A stretch of DNA of 35,530 nucleotides from an uncultured Planctomycetales bacterium (GTDB taxonomy: Bacteria; Omnitrophota; Gorgyraeia; Gygaellales; Profunditerraquicolaceae), in assembly GCA_964359035.1 (NCBI GenBank), contig CAYHRM010000001.1, forward strand, positions 1 to 35,530, in the 5' to 3' direction. Position numbers and translations under genes: made by a program. Within the stretch, counting starts at the first letter, position 1. Every line of letters starts with the position of its first letter. Below the pieces are notes generated by a model. The model had not been told where the DNA came from, made no database searches, and was given only the letters and a program-made list of their open reading frames with translations. Positions 9,467 to 17,149 of this stretch are shown here, piece after piece.

Positions 9467-10467
9467 ATCCTGATTATCTCATCCTGATAAAAATTTTTCT
9501 TTGCAATCTTATCCAACAGAAAATCCCAGCGCATAGGGCTTATCCCTGTGCCCGGCCTTTTAACAGCAATATTTTTTTCAGTAAAATACTCCTCTTTTTT
9601 AATATTTGCCCTGGCAACAATGCTTTTCCGAACCACATTAATATTGGCCCTTTCGGATGGCGAAGGCCGCTTAACACCGGACCCCATAGCTTCCTCAATA
9701 TTACGCACAGCTTTTATCATGTACTTTAATTCTTCCGGCTCAAGGCTAGCCCTATGGTCAGGCCCAGTCATATTTTTATCAAGAGTAAGATGTTTTTCAA
9801 TCACGCTGGCGCCTAAGGCTATTGCGGCAAACACAATTTCTGTCCCCAGGGTATGATCGGAATAGCCCACCGCTACGCCCAGTGTGTTTTTCATGGTAAC
9901 CATGGCCAGCAGATTAGCGTCTTTAAAGGGCGTAGGATATTCAGTATTACAATGCAAAACTACAATATTTTTCTTTTTTGTACCGCTCTTTATTAAAACG
10001 CTTAAAGCGACTTTTACTTCAGATAGCGAAGACATCCCGGTAGACATAATAATTTTTTTGCCTAAAGACCCGATCTTGCGCAGATAAGGCAAATTGGTTA
10101 TTTCGCCGGAAGGTATTTTAAAAGTTCTTAGCCCCAAACCCACCAACAGATCAATACTTTCTAAATCAAATGCCGAAGAAAGAAATATGATTCTTTTCTT
10201 CCGGCAATAACTAAGTAACTCTTTATGCGCCTTAGCATCCAGCTCTAACTTTTTAAGCATTTCAAGTTGATTTTCATTCTTGTCTGTAGCTTTTTCCTGG
10301 TATACAGCTTTAGGTGAATATTTCGAAGCTAATGATTCCGCCTTAAAACTCTGGAATTTAACTGCATCTGCACCTGCATATACCGCTGCATCAACAAGCC
10401 GCTTAGCAGTTTTTAATGAACCATTATGATTTACCCCAGCTTCAGCAATAATGAATACTTTAGGCAT
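9463..10467 (-). CDS. legI: Nonulosonic acid synthase (NeuB/LegI family) with C-terminal SAF domain
   Basis: 334 aa with IAEAGVNHNGSLKTAKRLVDAAVYAGADAVKFQ and GYSDHTLG. The SAF-like tail is VRKSIVARANIKKEEYFTEKNIAVKRPGTGISP. Confidence 0.92.
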   Translation of the reverse strand: MPKVFIIAEAGVNHNGSLKTAKRLVDAAVYAGADAVKFQSFKAESLASKYSPKAVYQEKATDKNENQLEMLKKLELDAKAHKELLSYCRKKRIIFLSSAFDLESIDLLVGLGLRTFKIPSGEITNLPYLRKIGSLGKKIIMSTGMSSLSEVKVALSVLIKSGTKKKNIVVLHCNTEYPTPFKDANLLAMVTMKNTLGVAVGYSDHTLGTEIVFAAIALGASVIEKHLTLDKNMTGPDHRASLEPEELKYMIKAVRNIEEAMGSGVKRPSPSERANINVVRKSIVARANIKKEEYFTEKNIAVKRPGTGISPMRWDFLLDKIAKKNFYQDEIIRI

Positions 10468-11107
10468 TTTTTCTTATTTCTTTACAAGGATTTCCATAGA
10501 CAATAACCCTACTATGAACATTCTTGGTAACCACGCTTCCAGCCCCCACTAATGACTCTTCGCCAATTCTCACATCTTGAGTAATAATGCTTCCTATACC
10601 AATATGGCTATTTTTGCCTACCCAGACGCCTCCGCTTAATAAAGATCCAGGAGAAAGATGAACAAAATCACCTATCTCACAATCATGCTCGATAATTGCG
10701 GCTGTGTTAATAATACAGTTATCGCCGATTTTAACGCCAGAATTAATAATTGTTCCCGAGGCGACATAATTGCCTTGCCCTAAAATAACACTGGGAGATA
10801 TTACAGCCAAAGGGCTGATTAAATTCGGAAATCTAAAACCGATTTTTTTAGCAAGCTTACATAACTTAATGCGTAATCTGGGAATACCGATGCTTCCTAC
10901 CGAAATAAAACAATCTTTTATCCCTGATTTGAAAATTTTAGCCAAATTATCGTCGGTTCCAATAACTGGAACTCCACAAACTTTATTCCCCAGCTGCGCT
11001 TTTAAATCAACTATGCCAGCTATTTCATAATTTTTAATACTAAAAAGCAAATCTAGGATTACCCTGCAATGACCGCCACCGCCAATAAGCAATATTTTTC
11101 TTTTCAT
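10460..11107 (-). CDS. legH: NeuD/PglD-family hexapeptide-repeat N-acetyltransferase
   Basis: 215 aa. The N-terminal Rossmann-like segment is ILLIGGGGHCRVILDLL. Left-handed beta-helix repeats follow (IGDNCIINTAAIIEHDCEIGDFVHLSPGSLLSGGVWVG...). Confidence 0.85.
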   Translation of the reverse strand: MKRKILLIGGGGHCRVILDLLFSIKNYEIAGIVDLKAQLGNKVCGVPVIGTDDNLAKIFKSGIKDCFISVGSIGIPRLRIKLCKLAKKIGFRFPNLISPLAVISPSVILGQGNYVASGTIINSGVKIGDNCIINTAAIIEHDCEIGDFVHLSPGSLLSGGVWVGKNSHIGIGSIITQDVRIGEESLVGAGSVVTKNVHSRVIVYGNPCKEIRKNA

Positions 11108-11116
11108 TTTCTTAGG

Positions 11117-12175
11117 TTAGATTTCAAACTTTTTAAAGGTTTCCTGAAGGGCCTCAAATTGCCCCATGTCCAGCCAGGATTTATCCGAAACCGGATAAAC
11201 CCCCACTTTTTCACCACGACCAAGATAATCATTTATAAGGTCTGTAATATTATAAAATTGATTCTTGGGAACATCATTAATAACCGATTTCTCTAAAACA
11301 TACATTCCTGTATTTACTAGAAAATCGTACTCTGGCTTCTCGCGAATATTATTCAGTATCCCCCCTTTTTCAATTTCGCATACTCCGTAGGGGATAGTAA
11401 AATTCTTCATTGAACTGACCAAGGTGATCTTATTTTTTTTCTGCTTATGAAATTTAAGTATATCCGCGTAATTAGCCTCAATAAGAATATCGCAATTACT
11501 TACAAAAAATGTCTTTTTGATATGCTTTTTAAGCAAATAAAGGCTGCCAGCAGTACCCAAGGGCTTAGTCTCTAAGATATAATTGATTTTATATTTGTGA
11601 TCAGTATCGTTAAAATATGCCTTGATTATATTTGACTTATAGTTTAATGAAAGATAAAAATCATTGCATCCGTAATCAAAAAACCTATTAATAATTACTT
11701 CAATAACCGGCTTATCTCCGATCGGCATCAAGGGCTTTGGAATAATCTTGGTAAAAGGGTGTAGCCTAGCCCCTTCTCCTCCGGCCATAATCACTACTGG
11801 CGTATTTAATGATTTTAGTGTCTTCTGCTTATTCTTAAAAAGATCCACCCACCAAACAGCAGCAACAACGTTTTTATCGCTATTTATAACCGGCAAACAT
11901 TCAACCTTTTTATTAACCATGATAGCTTTGGCGATTTCCTGCTCATAATTCTCTTTCAAACTCAAAGGCGCAGAATTCATGACATTTGAAACAGCTACAA
12001 GCAAGCTCTTACCTTTAAGGATCCATCTTCTGATGTCTCCATCTGTAACGGTTCCCAAAAGCCGGGTTTCTTTATCAACGACAAACATGGTCTTTTCTCC
12101 GACCGTATCCATATGCCTTAATACATGTTTGATCGTTTGTTCCGGACTTATAAGTATCCTCTTAAGCCTTTCCAT
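11117..12175 (-). CDS. ptmE: CBS-domain sugar-phosphate nucleotidyltransferase (PtmE-like)
   Basis: A tandem CBS region (VVDKETRLLGTVTDGDIRR ... LPVINSDKNVVAAV) is followed by the NTP-transferase motif VVIMAGGEGARLHPFTKIIPKPLMPIG. I place the start at the ATG at 12175 (MERLKRIL), 1 nt after the legC stop and with GGGGGA upstream. I do not use the TTG at 12214 from the track. Confidence 0.78.
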   Translation of the reverse strand: MERLKRILISPEQTIKHVLRHMDTVGEKTMFVVDKETRLLGTVTDGDIRRWILKGKSLLVAVSNVMNSAPLSLKENYEQEIAKAIMVNKKVECLPVINSDKNVVAAVWWVDLFKNKQKTLKSLNTPVVIMAGGEGARLHPFTKIIPKPLMPIGDKPVIEVIINRFFDYGCNDFYLSLNYKSNIIKAYFNDTDHKYKINYILETKPLGTAGSLYLLKKHIKKTFFVSNCDILIEANYADILKFHKQKKNKITLVSSMKNFTIPYGVCEIEKGGILNNIREKPEYDFLVNTGMYVLEKSVINDVPKNQFYNITDLINDYLGRGEKVGVYPVSDKSWLDMGQFEALQETFKKFEI

Positions 12176-12176
12176 T

Positions 12177-13349
12177 TTAATTATCCCCCTGTAAATCCCG
12201 TATAACCGAAACAATATATTTTATCTGATTTACTTCCAGATTTGTGCTACAAGGAAAATTCAAAACATCTCTCCAGAACCTAGGAGCTTTTTCAATTTTA
12301 TATTTCTGATTACTCTTATAAGGCCGTTGAAGATGATTTAATCGCCATATAGGTCTGGTTTGAATATCTTTTAACTGCAAGCGCTTCATAACTGCATCCC
12401 TATTCATACCAAATTCACCCTTATTAATAAGCAGAGAATAAAACCAATAGTTGGGTGCTGTTCCTTCCGGAATACCTAAAATCTTAAGACCCTTTATTCC
12501 TCTAAGAAGTTCATGATATAATTTATAATTTTTCTTTTTAATCTTTATAAAACTTTTTAACCGTTCCAGTTGCGCCAAACCTAAAGCCGCCTGTAAATTT
12601 GTCAAACGAAAGTTATAACCTATTTCATTGTGAATGCTCTTTACAGGGTCATCCTTAGCCTGATTAGTTAAATATCGGACTTTATCAGCCAAGGCTTTGT
12701 TATTAGTTACAATCATTCCCCCGCCACCTGAGGTAATTATTTTGTTACCATTAAAAGAATAGACGCCCACATCGGAAACGGTCCCGGTAAACTTATTTTT
12801 AAAAATACCGGCAGTATAGTATGAACCTAGACTTTCAGTAGCATCTTCAACAACTTTTAAATGGTATTTTCGGGCAATGCTCGTAATCTTTTCCATATTG
12901 CAGGGGTTACCGAAAATATGGACAGGAATAACTGCCCGGATAGTTTTACCGGTCTTCTTATTTTGCAGCCCCGATTTAGTGAGCCGGCATTCATGTCTGC
13001 AGAATTCGCTTAATTTCTCAGGATCGATATTCATATAATCATCACAGTCCATGAAAATCGGTTCCGCACCAGCGTATTTAATAACATTAACGGTAGCAAT
13101 AAATGTAAGCGTAGGAACAATTACTTCATCTTTAGGCCTAATACCGCAAACTTTAAGCGCAATATACAAACCAGAAGTTCCATTTACACAAGCAATAGCA
13201 AATTTCGAGCCGGTGTATTTAGAAATGGCTTTTTCAAAATCCGTAACAAATTTTCCTGCAGAAGATACCCAGTTAGAAGTTATACAGCGCTTAACATATT
13301 CTAACTCTTTACCCTCTAAATTCGGTACAGATAACGGTATGCTTTTCAT
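12177..13349 (-). CDS. legC: DegT-family aminotransferase, LegC-like
   Basis: PLP-lysine box YSFNGNKIITSGGGGMIV. I place the start at the ATG at 13349 (MKSIPLSVPNLEGKELEYV), 4 nt after the legB stop. The track ORF start at 13550 would overlap legB by about 200 nt and adds non-homologous sequence. Confidence 0.85.
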   Translation of the reverse strand: MKSIPLSVPNLEGKELEYVKRCITSNWVSSAGKFVTDFEKAISKYTGSKFAIACVNGTSGLYIALKVCGIRPKDEVIVPTLTFIATVNVIKYAGAEPIFMDCDDYMNIDPEKLSEFCRHECRLTKSGLQNKKTGKTIRAVIPVHIFGNPCNMEKITSIARKYHLKVVEDATESLGSYYTAGIFKNKFTGTVSDVGVYSFNGNKIITSGGGGMIVTNNKALADKVRYLTNQAKDDPVKSIHNEIGYNFRLTNLQAALGLAQLERLKSFIKIKKKNYKLYHELLRGIKGLKILGIPEGTAPNYWFYSLLINKGEFGMNRDAVMKRLQLKDIQTRPIWRLNHLQRPYKSNQKYKIEKAPRFWRDVLNFPCSTNLEVNQIKYIVSVIRDLQGDN

Positions 13350-13353
13350 AATT

Positions 13354-14343
13354 TTATATATTATAAATTCCGTCCTTATAAATATTTCTATTTTTCTTAA
13401 ACCATTCGATTGTCTTGTGCAGTCCTTTTTCCAGAGTATATTTCGGAGTCCATTTAAAAATTCTTTTGGCTTTTGAATTATCAGCCAATAATCTTTTGAC
13501 TTCGCTTTTCTGCGGTCTCTTACGTTGAAGCTCAGATTCAATCTTGGCACTACTTCCCAAATATTTAGTAATCAAGCCAACTAATTCTTTAATCGAAATT
13601 TCCGAGTTGCTGCCAAGATTAATAACTTCGCCAATAGCTGCCGAACTTTTCATACAGCAAATAAAACCTTCAACTGTATCCTCAACATAAGTTAAATCAC
13701 GAGTTGGAGACAAGGCTCCAAGTTTTATTTTCTTTCTACCACTAAGAATCTGCGTAATAATTGTGGGAATTATCGCTCGCGCTGACTGACGTGGACCGTA
13801 AACATTAAACGGACGAACAACAGCAACTGGTAGATCAAAAGAACGGTAAAATGACAACGCTATAAAATCAGCAGCAGACTTAGTTGCTGCATAAGGCGAT
13901 TGCGGATTCACCGGATGAGCTTCAGTAATCGGGACGAACTGTGCAGATCCGTAAACTTCGCTCGTAGAAGTATGAATAATTCTACTAACGCCAAGATCTT
14001 TTGCTGCCTGCAAAACATTAAGCGTCCCTTTTATGTTCGTTTCAACATACGCTTCAGGAGAATAATAAGAGTAAGGAATACCGATTAGTGCTGCCAGATG
14101 AAAAACAGTATCTACTTTGTGCATCGCCAGGCGTACGATATCAGCATCCCGAATGTCTCCAGAAATTACTTCTATTTCATCTTTATACATTGAGCTTTCC
14201 AGCCAACCCCATGAATTCCTTGAATTATAATGCACAAATGCTTTCACTTTATACCCCAGAGCTGCCAACCTATCAACCAGATGGCTGCCGATAAATCCGC
14301 CTGCGCCTGTTACCATAACTGATTTTTTATTTTTTTTATTCAT
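13354..14343 (-). CDS. legB: NAD-dependent NDP-GlcNAc 4,6-dehydratase, LegB-like SDR
   Basis: 329 aa with VTGAGGFIGSHLVDRL, HTSTSEVYG, SPYAATKSAAD and RPFNVYGPRQSARAIIPTIITQ. As I recall Campylobacter LegB, this matches it closely. Confidence 0.82.
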   Translation of the reverse strand: MNKKNKKSVMVTGAGGFIGSHLVDRLAALGYKVKAFVHYNSRNSWGWLESSMYKDEIEVISGDIRDADIVRLAMHKVDTVFHLAALIGIPYSYYSPEAYVETNIKGTLNVLQAAKDLGVSRIIHTSTSEVYGSAQFVPITEAHPVNPQSPYAATKSAADFIALSFYRSFDLPVAVVRPFNVYGPRQSARAIIPTIITQILSGRKKIKLGALSPTRDLTYVEDTVEGFICCMKSSAAIGEVINLGSNSEISIKELVGLITKYLGSSAKIESELQRKRPQKSEVKRLLADNSKAKRIFKWTPKYTLEKGLHKTIEWFKKNRNIYKDGIYNI

Positions 14344-14345
14344 TT

Positions 14346-15041
14346 TTAATTTTTAAGCCTCTTTCTTAATGCTATCCCGGCAAATTCTAAATCTGTCACA
14401 GTATCAATATCAATAGAATTTTCAGGCGTCATTATTAATGGCCTTGTGTCCTTACCTAAAATACTTTTTTGATTAATCAAGACACTGCGCTTAAACACAT
14501 AGATAGCTCCATTCATTCTATATACTTTAGGTAAATCCTGTCTACGCAAGTATTGCCGCGATTTAATAAATGGATGGACTTTATCCTTTTTGATGATGCG
14601 CATCCAATAAGGAGAATGTTCCGCTAAACAAAGACTTACTACAGAATCAGCTTTAGAATTTATAAGTTTAACTACAGCTTTATCAATATCAATAGCTGTT
14701 CTTAACGGGGAGGTCGGCTGCAGAATTAGAATGATATTAAACTTTTCCCCCTTCTTTTCAAGGTAATCAACTGCATGCCTTATTACCGGATACATACCAG
14801 TTTTGTCTGTCGCTAAATTCTTGGGACGCAAAAAAGGAGCTTCTGCTCCTAACTGTAAAGCAATAGTTTTTATTTTCTTTGAATCAGTAGAAACAATAAG
14901 CTTATCAATAAATTTAGATTTTTTCGCTTCTTTGATGGAATAATAAATCAGAGGCTTGCCGTTTAATCTTTTAATATTCTTATCCTTTATCCCCTTTGAA
15001 CCGCTACGCGCCGGGATTATGGCTAAACAGTAATTTTTCAT
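14346..15041 (-). CDS. legF: Acylneuraminate cytidylyltransferase family (CMP-nonulosonate synthetase)
   Basis: 231 aa with AIIPARSGSKGIKDKNI and LQPTSPLR. An ATGA overlap joins it to wzz. Confidence 0.88.
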   Translation of the reverse strand: MKNYCLAIIPARSGSKGIKDKNIKRLNGKPLIYYSIKEAKKSKFIDKLIVSTDSKKIKTIALQLGAEAPFLRPKNLATDKTGMYPVIRHAVDYLEKKGEKFNIILILQPTSPLRTAIDIDKAVVKLINSKADSVVSLCLAEHSPYWMRIIKKDKVHPFIKSRQYLRRQDLPKVYRMNGAIYVFKRSVLINQKSILGKDTRPLIMTPENSIDIDTVTDLEFAGIALRKRLKN

Positions 15042-15865
15042 TTTTCTTTATTTTTATTCCAAAATTCCATAAAAAAAGCTAAAAATACACCCAACATTAA
15101 ACTGAGCATCCCAGCAATAAAAACTTTTTGTACCTTATTAGGCCCTACGGAATTCGTAGTCTTAATTGGCGCATCGAAAACCTTAAAATCCTTAGAATTA
15201 GCAAGTAAAATTTGAAAGTCATTTCTTTGGTTTCTAAGATTAGTAAGATTATTTTCATATTGAGGAAGGGTATTTTGAAGAATAATCATTCTTGATGATA
15301 CTTCTGCTTGCGAAATATCTTTAGAGCTTGGAATACCCATAATCAGGTTTTGTGTCCTAACTATATCTTCTTCAGCATTCTTAACTGCTCCCTGTAGTTC
15401 CTTTAAACGCCCATTCATAATAAATTCCCGCTCCTTGTACATATTTTGCCCTTGGACAATAAGTAGATTTACTATGGCATCATTAATCTTAAAAGCCACA
15501 TCAATACTAGGATAAGTTATATTTATTTTTAATAAATTGGTGCCTTTTACATCACTGATTTTAATAATTTTCTTAAGGTCCTCAACAGTAATCTTAAGAT
15601 TTAAATCATTTATTATAGTTAAAAGTGAATTTTGATTCAGCATTATCGATTTCGCTTCTTCATTGTTAATTAAAGGCTCATTAATGCTTCCAAGCTGAAT
15701 AATAGAAGTAATTTCATAAATCTTGGGCATACGAAGGCTAACTATGGAAGCAATGACCACTGAAAGCAAAAATATGATTAAAATAAACTTTTTTCTTTTA
15801 ATTATGACATTGACATATTCTTTGATGTCGATTTCGTCTTTTTGAATGTATTGTTGGTTTTCCAT
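15038..15865 (-). CDS. Wzz-like polysaccharide co-polymerase / chain-length determinant
   Basis: 275 aa. The N-terminal TM segment is FILIIFLLSVVIASIVSL and the C-terminal TM segment is VFIAGMLSLMLGVFLAFFMEFW. The middle looks coiled-coil-like. A strong AGGAGG SD lies upstream. Confidence 0.7.
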   Translation of the reverse strand: MENQQYIQKDEIDIKEYVNVIIKRKKFILIIFLLSVVIASIVSLRMPKIYEITSIIQLGSINEPLINNEEAKSIMLNQNSLLTIINDLNLKITVEDLKKIIKISDVKGTNLLKINITYPSIDVAFKINDAIVNLLIVQGQNMYKEREFIMNGRLKELQGAVKNAEEDIVRTQNLIMGIPSSKDISQAEVSSRMIILQNTLPQYENNLTNLRNQRNDFQILLANSKDFKVFDAPIKTTNSVGPNKVQKVFIAGMLSLMLGVFLAFFMEFWNKNKEK

Positions 15866-15877
15866 GCGTTCCTCCTG

Positions 15878-16213
15878 TTAAGCACCGCTTTTACTACTCA
15901 ATGAATGCTCCATCTCTTGCTTCAATTGATTGTATTCTACTTCTTTAGTTTGTAAAAAATGTTGAAGAAGCTTGAATCTTTCTTCCAAGCCCTTCTCGGT
16001 TAAAAAATAATTGATTTTCTTTAGTTTTCCGGGGTGAATAGTAAAACTTTTGGCTTTGATAGAACCCCTTAAAATAAGCTCACGTAGAAGATAGTTAGTT
16101 TTACCTAAAGAGATGTTTAAACGCGCTGAAATATCCCGCTGAGTAACATTTGGGTTGGCTTCTAACTCCTTGAAAATAAAGAGAGTTTCTTCTTTTTTGG
16201 GCTGTTCAGTCAT
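15878..16213 (-). CDS. EPS-associated MarR-family winged-helix regulator
   Basis: 111 aa with TQRDISARLNISLGKTNYLLRELILRGSIKAKSF ... INYFLTEKGLEE. It is the first gene of the glycan operon. Confidence 0.7.
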   Translation of the reverse strand: MTEQPKKEETLFIFKELEANPNVTQRDISARLNISLGKTNYLLRELILRGSIKAKSFTIHPGKLKKINYFLTEKGLEERFKLLQHFLQTKEVEYNQLKQEMEHSLSSKSGA

Positions 16214-16222
16214 TGAACAAAT

Positions 16223-16250
16223 ATTATAACCAAGCGAGAGGAAAAGTCAA
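16223..16250 (-). promoter_or_regulatory. Sigma70-type promoter for the glycan operon: TTGACT-16 nt-TATAAT
   Basis: The minus strand reads TTGACTtttcctctcgcttggtTATAATatttgttcaATG. The -35 is at 16245..16250, overlapping the peptidase stop codon. The -10 is at 16223..16228. Only 9 nt separate the -10 from the ATG and there is no SD. Confidence 0.55.
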
Positions 16251-17041
16251 GAAATATGATGGGTTTTTGCAAGATTCTTTGCAAGAATTTTGGGGTTTTC
16301 AATCAAATCCGTAGCACTCCAGGCATCACTACAGTATTTCTTCATGTATACATAAGGCAGATATCCGTATCCATTGTTTCCCCAATTCGCGCCCCAGGAG
16401 TTCTTAAATTTAAAGATACTTAATTTATCATCATAGCCCACGATACAGATAGCATGTCCGCCAACTGAATTTTCCTTAGGCTTAGGCATCGGAATCAGGC
16501 CGCTACTTTGTACTTTTTTAGTAAACCAAGATTCAAAGACCTTTACTCCCGCCACAAAAGGCCCATTGACTAATAAACTACGTTTCATTTCGAGCTGAGA
16601 GTTAATTCGGGCATAGGCTTTAATCTTAAACTTTATGGCATCCTTATCCGCACCCGCTCGAGGAAGGTTTTTTTTCTGCGCAATATAAGGCCAGAATGAT
16701 TCATGACAAACGCCATAATTTAATAAAACCTTCATCGCAATACGCGGATAAGTGCCTTCTTCAAAAGGAATGCCATCAAATTTTTTACACAAATTATAAA
16801 GAAAACGGGGTGAAAGTCTCTCCAGCCGATGATATTCTTTTTTATCCTGAAACTCTTTAACTCCAGTAACCGAGGCAAACGCCACACAGGTTCCTTCGCT
16901 TCCCTGATTTCTAACCGGGCTCATTAATTTGGTAAAATCAAAACTGACTGGGACAACAACTATAGGCAGAACCAAGCCCATGGGGATATCCCGAGAGTCT
17001 TTGGGATCTTTAAAACAACCTAAAGATAAACGTATATTCAT
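16247..17041 (-). CDS. Papain-like cysteine peptidase (family C1)
   Basis: The catalytic Cys box is NQGSEGTCVAFAS, the His box is GGHAICIVGYDD and the Asn/Trp box is KNSWGANWGNNGYGYL. I place the start at the ATG at 17041 (MNIRLSL), not at the TTG at 17059 used by the track. Confidence 0.85.
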   Translation of the reverse strand: MNIRLSLGCFKDPKDSRDIPMGLVLPIVVVPVSFDFTKLMSPVRNQGSEGTCVAFASVTGVKEFQDKKEYHRLERLSPRFLYNLCKKFDGIPFEEGTYPRIAMKVLLNYGVCHESFWPYIAQKKNLPRAGADKDAIKFKIKAYARINSQLEMKRSLLVNGPFVAGVKVFESWFTKKVQSSGLIPMPKPKENSVGGHAICIVGYDDKLSIFKFKNSWGANWGNNGYGYLPYVYMKKYCSDAWSATDLIENPKILAKNLAKTHHIS

Positions 17042-17047
17042 AGAGAA

Positions 17048-17056
17048 ATTATAACA
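17048..17056 (-). promoter_or_regulatory. Extended -10 promoter (TGtTATAAT), 6 nt before the peptidase ATG
   Basis: The minus strand reads tgTGTTATAATttctctATG. There is no convincing -35 and no SD, so the geometry suggests a leaderless mRNA. Confidence 0.4.
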
Positions 17057-17060
17057 CAAA

Positions 17061-17149
17061 ATTAGGGGACGCTTCTATTTTTTAAAATAATTGTAGCGGA
17101 GGTTTAAACCTCCGCTACTTAATCATAATAAATAGAAACGTCCCCTAAT
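17061..17149. repeat. Family-A inverted repeat, copy A1 (20-nt arms, 49-nt spacer)
   Basis: The arms are ATTAGGGGACGCTTCTATTT (17061..17080) and AAATAGAAACGTCCCCTAAT (17130..17149), complementary at 19 of 20 positions. The right arm includes the stop codon of the upstream gene. Confidence 0.85.
17093..17118. repeat. Family-B perfect palindrome, copy B1
   Basis: GTAGCGGAGGTTTAAACCTCCGCTAC is a 26-nt perfect palindrome centred on GTTTAAAC. It sits inside the spacer of A1. Confidence 0.85.

Noticed and set aside
12176-12214. The TTG-initiated extension (MFRLYGIYRGIIK) of the CBS-nucleotidyltransferase.
   Set aside because: It would overlap the legC 3' end. The ATG at 12175 has a GGGGGA SD and sits 1 nt after the legC stop.
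13350-13550. The 5' extension of the track ORF 12177..13550, which adds 67 residues to the LegC-like aminotransferase.
   Set aside because: The extension overlaps the LegB-like gene by about 200 nt in another frame. Its sequence (MPRLNLSFNVRDRRKAKSK...) does not resemble aminotransferase N-termini. The conserved N-terminus starts at the ATG at 13349, 4 nt after the upstream stop.
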